64,000 bases of DNA from Octopus bimaculoides. Taxonomy: Eukaryota. Below are positions 39,543 to 51,471 of the stretch, in pieces. The stretch covers positions 93,633,400 to 93,697,399 of the forward strand of contig NC_068988.1 in NCBI RefSeq assembly GCF_001194135.2, in the 5' to 3' direction. Below the pieces are notes generated by a model. The model was not told where the DNA came from. It saw nothing but the letters and a program-made list of their open reading frames with translations, and ran no database searches. Each line of letters begins with the position of its first letter. Position 1 is the stretch's first letter. The translations under genes were made by a program, and so were the position numbers.

Positions 39543-39809
39543 CATACATACATACATATATATATATATATCAATGGTTGTAACTCGATCTTATTTTTGA
39601 GACCACCACACTCTACACACTTTACTTCAAAGCACTGCCATAAACAACCGAAGTTAGCGAGAAAGTTATAACTCAGTGTGCCGGCACGACAGAGCTCAAG
39701 GTCAATCTATGCCCAGTGGCTTCACTCAGCATACTTTAGCTCCGTTACCATAGCAACAGTCCCGATTCTTTTTGATTAAACCTCGCATGAGTTCTAATAA
39801 CAACTAGGA

Positions 39810-39925
39810 AGTTAATCCTGCGAAGGACCTACGTCCCATCCAGGGTAGGGGGAGTGTTGTAATCTCAGTCACTTACACGTCATGGAGATCGGGTGAAGCT
39901 CCGGCCTTATGAGTCTTAGGGTTCA
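39810..39925 (+). mobile_element. V-SINE-like 3' fragment
   Basis: Homologous to 27240-27345 on the opposite strand. Confidence 0.5.
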
Positions 39926-40710
39926 TAATAGATCCTAGCACGAATCCAGCCGATGGGCTTCAATACTGTTTCCATTGACCTGATTTCACTCAAAAAGTTG
40001 TAAAAAGATATAATTGCAGAGCATCATTGTATTATGAGATAATTAAGATCTACATTCTCCCTTAAAAGTTGCATTTAAAAATGAAATTTATTGTCAGTGG
40101 TCAACCATTTTTTATGGGTTTTTTTTCTATCGATCTCTTGGATTCCTGTTTTACTCAGATGGACCCACATAACCATTAAAAAGAACCCTATTATAATTTT
40201 ATGACTAAACAGTTTTAGGGATTATATTAAAATATTTGTGAAAATATTTTGTGTGTTGTAGAATTATAACCGATTTATTGCGCATAAACTTTAGCAAAAT
40301 TTTATATGGCCCCCACCCAAGGGTCATGGAGATCCTGGTTGAGAAATAGTTTTAGTTAATGAACAAATTTAATAAAACGAGGACATAAACTAATTTAGAT
40401 ATGGCAGCCGAAGATCTTTAAATGAGCGGCAACAGACAATCTATTCTCAGTCAAAAGACTTGCCAGGAATGATTTCGAAAACATTTGACTGGGTTTCCTG
40501 ACAAGTGGTGATAGTTTGAACATTTGTCAACTTGTTTACACAAACATCATCAGGTTTTGCTGATAAACTTGGCATTTAACATCAGCTGTGTGTTGACCTG
40601 AACTGGGATATGGAGTGGCTAGCTGACTGACAAACGCAATACTTGATGAAACCAGAAGAGATTATCACCGTTTATTATCATGTGTAACTGCTTCGCTGAA
40701 TGATAACGAC

Positions 40711-40743
<33 letters not shown>

Positions 40744-40913
40744 TGATTCCGGTTTTATTGGCCACAAGGACTAATATAAATTAAAAACATGTAAGGACAA
40801 AGACAGGACGAAGGTTACAAAGGGTTTTGTCCGAAAAGAAAACGTTCGTGTAAACAATGGAAAAACAGAGAAAGATATAACAATTAAAACTCCCAATAGG
40901 GGGAGGCGCTTAT
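40711..40913 (-). mobile_element. LINE-like 3' end with AATAAA and (ATT)n tail
   Basis: Minus strand ends ...tagtccttgtggccaataaaaccggaatcaattattatt; resembles the C2 SINE tail. Confidence 0.5.
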
Positions 40914-40934
40914 ATAATAATAATAATAATAATT

Positions 40935-41170
40935 GCCCTGATGCAGTAACAGGCAGTGGCTCTCGTGGCTTCTGATCTTAACTGATTGGAAGTGTTATCA
41001 TGTACATTGTTTTGTCTTGGTATAAAAAGATGGGCTACAACAAATATTCTGCTCAATACCACAGATTTGCTTGTCAGTTGCTTGACCATAAACCAATTGA
41101 GCATGTCCCTTGGTGGCTGACGATATGTGCATCTCTGATCATGTGTAGTGGGGGAGCATCATAGCCATCA
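40935..41170 (-). mobile_element. Unclassified interspersed repeat with (ATT)n 3' tail
   Basis: Discrete higher-complexity block ending ...tgcatcagggca(att)n on the minus strand. Only one copy in the window, recognised from memory of octopus repeats. Confidence 0.35.
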
Positions 41171-41370
41171 ATTACACTGCATTTCTCTGTGATTCTGGAA
41201 GAAGATCACTCACAAACACCCCAACGGGTTCCAGCTAGATGAGGCCCTTTAAATCTTTAGCGGCACCAATATGTCATGTTCATAACTCCAGTGGAAAAGA
41301 ACTCTGTGTAATTGTTTTCTGCGGAACCGTCATTAGTTGAAGCGATTATTTATTACCTCTATCGGCACTA

Positions 41371-41590
41371 CAACTTTCTCTCACTCTTACTTCCTATTTC
41401 TGTTGTGCCTGTAATTCAAAAGGTCAGCCTTGTCACACTGTGTCACTCCGAATATCCCCGAGAACTACGTTAAGGGTACACGTGTCTGTGGAGTGCTCAG
41501 CCACTTGCACGTTAATTTGACGAGCAGGTTGTTCTGTTGATCCGATCAACTGGAACCCTCGACGTCGTAAGCGACGGAGTGCCAACAACA
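41371..41590 (+). mobile_element. Family A SINE 3' half
   Basis: Close match to 17862-18090 including the ...gacggagtgccaacaaca end. Confidence 0.85.
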
Positions 41591-41865
41591 TATTATCGCT
41601 GCTGCTGCTTCTGCTGCTGCTGCTTCTGGAGGTGATATTGCCAACGGATGAAGTGCAGGCGGCGACGGCGTCAGAAGCGGCAGCGGTGATGGTGGCGGTG
41701 TTACTGTTGTCATCATGTTTGGCTGACTTATTCTTAACTTGGTGACATGATTTTGTTGTTTTCTATTATTTTTTGATTTTGTTGTTGCTGCTGCTGTTAA
41801 TGCTGTTGTTGCTCTTGTTGCTATGGTTGTTATTGTTGTTGTTGTTCTTATTGTTAGTACTGCCA

Positions 41866-42088
41866 AAGGCGGTGAATTGGTCGAATCGTTAACGAGTCGA
41901 ACAAAAACACTTAGAGTCGTTTCTTCCGGCTCTTTACGTTCTGAGTTCAAATTCCGCCAGGCTCGTCTTTGCTTTTCATCTTTTCGGGTTTGATGAAATA
42001 AAATACCAACCAAGTACTGGGATCAGTGTAATCGACTTACCCCCACCCCCACCACCAAATTGCCGGCCTTGTGCCAAAATTTGAAACC
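41866..42088 (+). mobile_element. Family C SINE
   Basis: aaggcggtgaattggtcgaatcgttaac...ctgagttcaaattccgcc...ggccttgtgccaaaatttgaaac. Confidence 0.8.
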
Positions 42089-42494
42089 CTTGTTAATTCT
42101 GACATTCTCCTTTATGACTGACAAAGCTTGGAAGACATCAAAGTAAAATAAATCGAAAGAAAACACTTCTCGTTGCCACGTCCAATGGATATGTGCGGTG
42201 TCTGGGCTGAGTTTTTGTGAGTGTTGTCTTCAATGAATTTGGTCAATTTGTTTTGAATCAGAAAAGGTTAGCAGAGAAAATATGTATTATATTAATCCAA
42301 AACACACAATTCTAATTTTCTCTCTGACTTGAAATGGATTAAAACTTTATCAAACTTCTACAAATCTTTTCTCAAATATTCAGTGAAGGTAGTGTTTACT
42401 GATAAACTGTTCTTAAAAAATTATGCAATTAATAGAATTAGGCAAACAATTATTTAACATGCGGCTAAGAGTAATGGATTCTCTCCCCTTTTCT

Positions 42495-42702
42495 CTCCAC
42501 AGACATGCATTCACTTAACGTAGTTCTCAAGGAGATTCTAAGCCTGACACAGAATGTAACATAACTGGAAGGCTGGCCCTTTGAAATACACGTATTTCTC
42601 ATTTTTGACAGCTGAGTGGACTGGAGCAACGTGGAATAAAGTGTCTTGCTCAAGGACACAACGCGCCGAATTCTCTAACCGCTATGCCACACGCCTTCAT
42701 TG
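42495..42702 (-). mobile_element. Chimeric SINE: tRNA head + CORE segment + family A central segment
   Basis: Minus strand reads head, then gtgtccttgagcaagacacttt (CORE-like), then ...gagaactacgttaag...tctgtggag shared with family A. Confidence 0.65.
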
Positions 42703-42709
42703 TATTTAC

Positions 42710-42811
<102 letters not shown>

Positions 42812-43029
42812 TGTCCCACCGTCTGACAGTCGGTGTTTGTTTCTTTACGTCCCCACAAACTTTCTGATTCAGTAAAAAAGACCGATAGAATAAGGTAGAA
42901 GACATTTCTGTTTTAGAAAAAAAAACATAGACACTAAAACTAAAATTATATGTAGTGCTCCAGCATGGCAACGTGAAAAATAAATAATAGTCTACACCTT
43001 CTTTAAATAATTTACGTAAAACTTTAGCG

Positions 43030-43440
43030 TAGAAGCGCAGGCGTGGCTGTGTGGTGAGAATCTTGCTTCTCAGCCACATGATTCCAAGTTCAGTCCCAAT
43101 GCATGGCACCTTGGGCAAGTATCTTCTACTATAGCCTCGGGCCGATCAAAGCCTTGTGAGTGAATTTGATAGACGGAAACTGATAGAAGCCCGTCGTATA
43201 TATATATATATAAATATGTATGTATTTATGTGTATGTTTTTGTGTCTGTGTTTGTCCTCCACCATCACTTGACAACCTAAGTTGGTGTGTTTACGTCGCC
43301 GCAACTTAGCGGTCCAGCAAAAGACACCGATAAAATAAGTACCGGGCTTACAAAGAATAAGTCCTGGTGTCGATTTGTTCGGCGAAAGATGGTTCTCCAG
43401 CATGGCCGACGTCAAATGACAGAAACAATTAAAAGAATAG
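43030..43440 (+). mobile_element. Family B SINE, full length (a further B tail fragment lies at 42810-42980)
   Basis: All modules are present in order. Confidence 0.86.
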
Positions 43441-44124
43441 AATGAAAGAACATGTGGAATGGTATAAGCATAAAACAAAAATTGATAAAAAGCCGTTGAG
43501 CAAAAGAATTTCTGTTTTATTAAAATAATCTTTGAAAGAGAGCGTTGAGTAACGAAAGACTGAGAACGACGGATGTAGAAGAAGCAACAAATGTCTCTGG
43601 CAATTTGGTGTTACTGTTTTCTATTTGGATAATTAATGCTAAACTGGAAGTGATGAAAGAATTGTCTCCGGTGGCCAGCATGCTTGTGAGAGCTTCTAGG
43701 GAAAACGTTTTTGACGAAACGGAGAATAATTTGAATTAGTATAACTTGGTTCGGAAAGTATTATAGCTTACGGTGGGAACAATATGAGTGCTGTAGGAAA
43801 AAGTTTTGTTGGACAATCCCACAAAATATGCGACGTCATGGATGTACAAAAGCTCTTAGCGTTTCATTGCATCATTCATCAATAGGCACTTTACGGGGTC
43901 CCCGCCTCCCACCAAAAATACTGTTTAGATGTGTAATATGTGATAGGACCAGTTTATCAACACTGAATACAATTTAGTCACCTGCACTCTATCATCGCCA
44001 GCTTCGAACATATTTGAAAGAAACAGAAGCTGAATATGGTAATTATATGCCGTGCCTCACAGCTGTTAGATGGCTTATCTAACAATTAAAAAAAAAACAA
44101 AAAAAAAACAAACTAACTTTAGAT

Positions 44125-44534
44125 CAATGGTTCTCAACTTCTTTTTTTTACTTATGAAGCCCTTTGATTACTATTTCATTCTGGTGGACCTTCATTGCTA
44201 TTCAATGTCCTAAAACTGACTTTATAGATACTCCTGTCAAAATTCCAATTTTCTTTTTCATCCATTCACTTGTGTAGGTTTACAATTGCACTCTTTTAGG
44301 AATATGTTTCAGTGACCGGAAACATGTTGAGCTTTGCAAAGAGTCAGAAAAATAAATCTCGCTGTTTCTCGCAAATAAATACATCTAAAGCAGATACTTT
44401 TCATGGACCCTTAAAATACTAGCGTACACCCCCCACCCCATACACATACACAATATGCAGTTTTGCTTGCGTGGACACCCAAAAGTTTCATATGGACCCT
44501 GAGAGTTTATATGGATCTCGGTTGAGAACCGCTG
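44125..44534. mobile_element. hAT (Charlie-like) MITE, 410 bp
   Basis: TIRs caatggttctcaac / gttgagaaccgctg. Left flank ctttagat fits an NTCTAGAN-type target; the TSD is decayed. Confidence 0.75.
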
Positions 44535-44904
44535 CCTTACGGAGAAATTAATGCGTTTTGCAATGAGAACAATTCTGCTCAACCACTCCTTGTGAACAGA
44601 GAATGGGTGCAGAAAAGGGCAATTTTGACTAACTTCAGAGTATTTCCTAACGAGTTCAGTCTTCCGTTACGAAATGAATCTGGGCTTAAATGCAACACAT
44701 ATATATTCCACAGTGAATATTTTCCACACTGTGGTTTTTTTTGTTTTTTCACTCTTTGCTAACTCATTCCTTGTTAAAAACAAAACAAAACCCAACTAAA
44801 ATGCAAGTGGTACATCGTTTGAATTCACTCCAAACAGTTTCAATATCGCTTTTTCGAAGTCAATGAGATTTGAAAGTATTAAAACCATTCGCAACATTAT
44901 TCTT

Positions 44905-45445
44905 TTCTACCCTAGGCACAAGGCTCGAAATTTTTGGAGAGGAGGCCAGTCGATTAGAACGACCCCAGTACTCAACTGATACTTAATTTATGGATCCCGA
45001 AGGGATGAAAGGCAAAGTCGACCTCGGCGGAATTTGAACTCAGAACGAAATACCGCTAAGCATTTCACTCAGCGTGCTAACGTTTCTTATTTCTTTATTG
45101 CCCTCAAGGGGCTACACACAGAGGGGAGAAACAAGGACAGACAAACGGATTAAGTCAATTAATTATATCGACACCAGTGCGTAACTGGTACTTATTTAAT
45201 CGACCCGGCGTGCTAACGTTTCTGCCAGCTCGTCGCCTTTATTCGCAATATTATTGAGAAAGTTTCAAGGCGGTGATTTGGCAGAATTGTTAGCGTGACC
45301 GGGCGAAACGCTTAGCGGTATTTCTCTACGCTCTGAGTTCAAATTTTGCAGAGGTTGAGTCTACTTTCCAACCTTTCGTGGTCATAAATTAGATACTAGT
45401 TAAGCACTGCGGTTAATGTAATCGACTGTCTACCCCACCCCATAA
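44905..45445. mobile_element. Cluster of three family C SINEs (- C1, - C2, +)
   Basis: C1 tail at 44905-44960, C2 tail at 45090-45150, plus-strand head at ~45265. Confidence 0.8.
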
Positions 45446-45477
45446 AGCTGTGTGTGTGTGTGAATGCTTGTGTGTAT

Positions 45478-45580
45478 TGCGATTTAATATTTTCCAGACA
45501 ATTTAATCATTTTTATGTGATTTAATATTTTCCAGACAATTTAATCACTTTTTATGCGATTTAATATTTTCCAGACAAAC
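45478..45580. repeat. ~38-bp tandem repeat (about 2.7 copies) at the truncated end of the transposase remnant
   Basis: g(c/t)gatttaatattttccagacaatttaatca(c)tttttat repeated. Confidence 0.85.
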
Positions 45581-46490
45581 TTCTGCCATCTCCTTCGACA
45601 ATGCTAAGTCTCTTACTAAATCGTTCAAATCTTCTTCATTTAACAAGTGAGGCTCATTTTTCTTAGAATCAACCACGTACTCTGCGTCGATAGGAGAATC
45701 AGAGAGTTCACTGTGCGACGTGTCAAGGTCTTCAAGTGAATCACGTGAGAAGGGAACTGGGACAGGTTTCTCCAAGTCATGTGGGACCGGTTTTAGAGTC
45801 GACTTACAATCTGCATACCCAATTTTTGCTATGGTTTTCTTTGAGAAACCACTAATATTAGTCGTTCAAAAGTAACAATCAGAGACATGATTGCTTGACT
45901 CACGCCATACCATTGGTACAGCAAAAGGCACTCCCGTTCTCCATTCAGCCACTGTGTAAACCTTGAGTCACACACGGTGCAGCATATATGAGGTGCCCAC
46001 CTCTTGTCTTGGTCCCCAACTTTATACTCAAAATAATATTTATAGGCAGTTTTTAGTTTTGTGGCAATGTTCTTCCACCGGTCACGCGGAGCAAATTTTC
46101 CACAGACAACAAAAGTTGTTTGGGTGCTTCACACAGTCTCTCCTATTCATGATGTAACACAATGAACATTTAAAATAGTAATCACACAAAGAGAGAGATA
46201 CACGTACCACACGTGACGGCAGCGTAAACGTCAATAAGAGTTACCAAGAACAAACTGATGTATTTGGCGCTTGTGCACAATACGCCAGCGCCATCTATTG
46301 ATAAACTGGATAATGAACGTTCTCATCGTTTGTTTTATTGCTGTTATTTCTTTAATTTCGAATTAAGACCATTTTCATTTCAGTAAATTTTATAATACGG
46401 CCTATATCTAGCTGAAAGTACAGTTATAATCTTGCGCATGCGTATAACTCAAAATCCTGACGTGCTAGAACAATTCTGAGTGCGAATTTA
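45560..46490 (-). mobile_element. Decayed DNA transposon, Chapaev3-like transposase N-terminal part
   Basis: From ATG at 46150 with frameshifts: C..HPNNFC-VCGK...AYKYYF..KVGDQDKRWAPHICCTVC...W.NG...FAVPMVWRE..NHVSDCYF, then EPHLLNEEDLNDLVRDLALSKEMAE (ORF 45545-45775). The transposase call is firm; the Chapaev3 assignment is from recall. The catalytic domain is absent. Confidence 0.7.
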
Positions 46491-46517
46491 TATATATATA
46501 AATGTCTATGTATGTAT

Positions 46518-46565
<48 letters not shown>

Positions 46566-46617
46566 GCATAGATATGCATTTATATATATATACATATATA
46601 TATATATACACACACAC

Positions 46618-46650
<33 letters not shown>

Positions 46651-47085
46651 NNNNNNNNNNNNNNNNNNNNNNNNNNNNNNNNNNNNNNNNNNNNNNNNNN
46701 NNNNNNNNNNNNNNNNNNNNNNNNNNNNNNNNNNNNNNNNNNNNNNNNNNNNNNNNNNNNNNNNNNNNNNNNNNNNNNNNNNNNNNNNNNNNNNNNNNNN
46801 NNNNNNNNNNNNNNNNNNNNNNNNNNNNNNNNNNNNNNNNNNNNNNNNNNNNNNNNNNNNNNNNNNNNNNNNNNNNNNNNNNNNNNNNNNNNNNNNNNNN
46901 NNNNNNNNNNNNNNNNNNNNNNNNNNNNNNNNNNNNNNNNNNNNNNNNNNNNNNNNNNNNNNNNNNNNNNNNNNNNNNNNNNNNNNNNNNNNNNNNNNNN
47001 NNNNNNNNNNNNNNNNNNNNNNNNNNNNNNNNNNNNNNNNNNNNNNNNNNNNNNNNNNNNNNNNNNNNNNNNNNNNNNNNNNNNT

Positions 47086-47240
47086 ATACGACGGGCTTCT
47101 TTCAGTTTCCGTCTACCAAATCCACTCACAAGGCTTTGGTCGGCCCGAGGCTATAGTAGAAGACACTTGCCCAAAGTGCCACGCAGTGGGACTGAACCCG
47201 GAACCATGTGGTTGGTAAGCAAGCTACTTACCACACAGCC
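47086..47240 (-). mobile_element. Family B SINE 5' half, low divergence
   Basis: Reverse complement of head and CORE, running into a (TA)n-flanked gap. Confidence 0.85.
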
Positions 47241-48164
47241 ATACATATATACATAGGTATATCGTTGATTTTTACGTTGTATTTGAAACAGTTATTGTTA
47301 ATTGTTCATGACAAATAATAAACTCATCAAAGTCCCATCGAAATCAAAATTCAATTCAATTCCGAACGTATGTAATTATTATCAGTGTTAACGACAATTT
47401 TAAACGAATCTCGAATGACAAGGACAATTGAAAACAAAATAATATATTGCTCTTATTGTCTCTACACCATAATGTCGTATGTGTGACATTTGCATTGTGA
47501 GAGAGTTTTCCCAAATTTGTTTGGTCCAGTGAAAATTCCTCAGTTTGTATGAATATGCATTAAAATCTTAGCTTCATCCTCGCTAAGCTACGCCTCTCCG
47601 TAGCGGCTACGTGATGGCAGTGCGCGTTGACATACGCCTCTTAGCTTTAATTTACCGCCTCCCATTATAAGGCAAATCTGAATGTAAACTCTACCTTCCG
47701 TGGCGGAAGGGGAATCAGACACTCCCATCTTTTGCTCTGTAAATACGTTTACTTATTTATGTTTTTTTCCGAAGAACGATAGTAGTAGAATGACGATAGT
47801 AGTGGCGAGTTCAGGAAAGATCTTCGAAAAAATAAAAGAAAATTTTATGTGACATGATCGTCTGGTGTTCGTAAGAAAGGCCAGATGCTATTTGGACCAA
47901 TGAAACATTTGCTAAGATTAAGACTGCCCTATTTCAGCGACCCCAACGACGACAACAGTAGCAACAAACAACAACAATACCAAGAACAAGATATCGTCAC
48001 ATTACTTCAATTTATATTTTCAATATCAACTTTTCAAGAGAATCGTTTTTAAAATATATTCCATTACGAAACACTTCAAATATTTTTCTTTTTCTTTTTC
48101 AAAACAAAATTGTCATTCCATTCCGATTTATCACAAGAAACCCTTATCATCGACGGCGGGCTGG

Positions 48165-48370
48165 CAGAATCGTTAGCAGGCGGCCGAACAAAATGCTTAG
48201 CGGCATTTCGTCCGTCTTGACGTTCCGAGTTCAAATTCCGCCGAGGTCGACTTTGTCTATTATCCTTTCGGAGTCGATAAATAAAGTGCCAGTGAAACAC
48301 TGTATTCGATCTAATTGACTAGTCCCCTCCTCCGCCCTAAATTTCAGGCTGTGTGCCTCCAGTAGACAGG
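48165..48370 (+). mobile_element. Family C SINE followed by (TTA)n
   Basis: ggcgggctggcagaatcgttagc...ccgagttcaaattccgccgaggtcgac. Confidence 0.83.
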
Positions 48371-48372
48371 AC

Positions 48373-48436
<64 letters not shown>

Positions 48437-48879
48437 ATTATTATTGTTATTATTATTATTATTATTAAATATGTATTATTATTATTAAATATGTATTATT
48501 NNNNNNNNNNNNNNNNNNNNNNNNNNNNNNNNNNNNNNNNNNNNNNNNNNNNNNNNNNNNNNNNNNNNNNNNNNNNNNNNNNNNNNNNNNNNNNNNNNNN
48601 NNNNNNNNNNNNNNNNNNNNNNNNNNNNNNNNNNNNNNNNNNNNNNNNNNNNNNNNNNNNNNNNNNNNNNNNNNNNNNNNNNNNNNNNNNNNNNNNNNNN
48701 NNNNNNNNNNNNNNNNNNNNNNNNNNNNNNNNNNNNNNNNNNNNNNNNNNNNNNNNNNNNNNNNNNNNNNNNNNNNNNNNNNNNNNNNNNNNNNNNNNNN
48801 NNNNNNNNNNNNNNNNNNNNNNNNNNNNNNNNNNNNNNNNNNNNNNNNNNNNNNNNNNNNNNNNNNNNNNNNNNNNNNN

Positions 48880-49025
48880 CGTCGCCGTAACTTAGCGGTT
48901 CGGCAAAAGACACCGATAGAATAAGTACTAGGTTTACAAAGAATAATTGCTGGGGTCGATTTGCTCGACTAAAGGTGGTGCTCCAGCATGGCCGCAGTCA
49001 AATGACTGAAAAACAAGTAAAAGAG
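48880..49025 (+). mobile_element. Family B SINE 3' half
   Basis: cgtaacttagcggttcggcaaaagacaccgatagaataag...ggtgctccagcatggccgcagtcaaatgactg. Confidence 0.82.
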
Positions 49026-49030
49026 TAAAA

Positions 49031-49061
<31 letters not shown>

Positions 49062-49124
49062 GAGTGAGAGAGCAGTTCATGCCATCAGTGTGACGCTGAG
49101 GTATAAATATTGAAAATATACAAC

Positions 49125-49156
<32 letters not shown>

Positions 49157-49229
49157 TGCAGTGCTTATGTTGTTAATTAATTGTCCTTGCTCCATTGAAC
49201 TAATCTCCTTTATGGACATCTTCTTCGTT

Positions 49230-49982
49230 GATCGCGGTTGATTCTCTGCGACCTTTCGGTGACATGGAACGACGCGTAGAATCAGTTAGTCACTACCGTG
49301 TGTTTGTTAGTTAGTAGTAGCAGCAGTTATGAACCGACTAAACTGCTGCTAGACGCTTGGGAAAGCACACAGAACAGTTCTTTGGGGAGTTTTTGTTGTT
49401 GTTCTTTTATTATTTATTCTCAGCATAGCTCGAGAGAGGGAGAGGAAGCGCGCGCGCGTGTGTGTGTGTTCTCTGTGTGTTTACGTATGTCGCACACACG
49501 TACACATTTTCTGTCTAGCCTGTTGTTTGTTCCTCATCCTCACAGAGATTGGTTCTCACTCTCGCTTCTTCTCGTGTCTCTAGTGAAACGAGCCAGTTTA
49601 GTTGATGTTCGGGCACCAAGCGGATTCTTACTCGAGTAAAGGGTGGAAGAGAAAGAAGCAGGCTAATATCCTTGGGATATAAAACACACAAACACACACT
49701 CACATACAGTGATACACACACACACACACATATATATATTCATATATAAATCCAATAAACAATTTGTTGAGTTCGATACATCAGTGTCACCTTGAGGCGA
49801 AAAGAGCATCAATAGCTTTAACTTGTGTTAAAAGAAGACAACAAACAAAAGTAAAGCAAATCGAAGTTTTTTTTTTTTTTTGTGTTTTCATTTAATACTT
49901 TCCGCCGTTGGAATTATATCAATCGTGGATTTTGTGGGTGTGAAGCATAAGACATATTCTAGGGTCACAAGAGGAGTTTAAA
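49230..49982 (+). promoter_or_regulatory. Candidate vg proximal promoter / 5' UTR region
   Basis: Largely non-repetitive, CpG-richer sequence directly upstream of the ATG. Contains gcgcgcgcgtg (~49448), an Inr-like TCAGTT (~49282), TATAAAA at 49678-49684 and a possible UTR acceptor ttctAG near 49962. The TSS cannot be fixed from sequence. Confidence 0.35.
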
Positions 49983-50060
49983 ATGAGTGCCGTTGACGTT
50001 ATGTACCACCAGCCGTACTCTAGTAATTTGGCCTATTATCCACGAACTCCAATCGAACAG
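49983..50060 (+). CDS. vg: Vestigial-like (VGLL/Vg) protein, coding exon 1 (MSAVDVMYHQPYSSNLAYYPRTPIEQ)
   Basis: ATG at 49983 (tttaaaATG), 26 open codons, then a phase-0 donor CAG|GTAAAT at 50060/50061. The peptide resembles the VGLL2/VGLL3 N-terminus (MSCLDVMYQ / MSCAEVMYHPQPY). Phase matches the acceptor at 51472. Confidence 0.88.
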
Positions 50061-50964
50061 GTAAATGCATCGGGCATTTTGAAGCTTTTTTTTTTCTGCT
50101 ATATTTGTCAAATCACTGATATTCTTGTGCATTGATGTTTGTACAAATGATGTCACATATTGTATATTCTTAGAATCACAGACGGACACATCCAGCTTCT
50201 TTTAGTAACTTTTCCCTCTTTCTGTGCCTGGTTATTTACTTTTCAGCATTCAAAAGTTCTTTCATTTCAAAATTATTTGATTTTTCCTGTTCTGTTTTTC
50301 TTCTTCTGTATTTTTGTCCCTTTTCTTTTTCTTCTTCTTTTGGCGACAATCTTGAATTGAGGGTCTGAGAATTTACAGTGTCGTTCGGTCGTTGAAGTAG
50401 CGACAGAGTCGACAACTCGACAACGACTGCCAAAGAGAGCTTGCATATCTTTGCACGAGTGGGCACCTACTGTGCCAGTGTGTCTTAAAGCAAGGATATA
50501 TATATTTCTACACAAGAAAAAACTCCAATGCTTACAAATATTCGAGCCGGCATTCTGCGAATCCCAAAGCTAAGGGTAGGGCAACCAGAAGGAATTCGGC
50601 GTCTTTGTAATTCCAGCATTGCACTTTGAAATATCAACCACCCACCGTCCTCCGACAGTTTGATTTCACATACACAGAGACGTCTTGAAACATATTGTCT
50701 TTATACTCTATAGCACTATTTATGCATTCTTTCTCAACAATTCTCATTTTACACACGTAACAAATAACCTACTCACACACTTCCGTTCCTTTTAGATGTT
50801 GTCGACAACTATGAATTCAAGGAAAAACTAATAGAACTGTGAGTTAATTTTTACCCAAAGATCTCTGGAATTTCACCGCTAGTTAACCTTAATTCTAACT
50901 ATTTACTACTTTTTCCGTTCGTTTATTTTCCAGCTTTTTTTGTGTGGAATTTCATCGTTTATTA

Positions 50965-51028
<64 letters not shown>

Positions 51029-51471
51029 TACTACTACTACTACTTCTACTACTACGTACGCTCCACTTACAAAAAACATTGGTGATATACACGCACACAC
51101 CCTCATACACACATCCACGCACACAGACGCACACAGACGCACACACACACACATACACACACACATACACACCCATGCTTAGACATACACATTATACACA
51201 CTGCTTTGCTTCGCGTGTGCCGTGTTTATGTTAGTTGTTTATTTATGTGCTATCATCATTCATCTGACTTTTATATTCCTTACGAATATCTTCTTTTTAC
51301 ATTCCCTTATCTCGTTCGGTTGTTTATTTTCTAAACATTCTTGTCGATACTTTTTTATTATTATTGTTTGTTTCGTCGAGATGTATCTGCATTTTGTACG
51401 ACACCCCCAACCGTCGTGTTTTCTCTCATTGTTATTTCGTTAATGTTATTTCTGTTCTTTGTTACAAACAG

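Noticed and set aside
49298-49639. 113-aa ORF upstream of vg as a possible first exon
   Set aside because: Non-ATG start, low-complexity content and no VGLL similarity; the ATG at 49983 fits far better.
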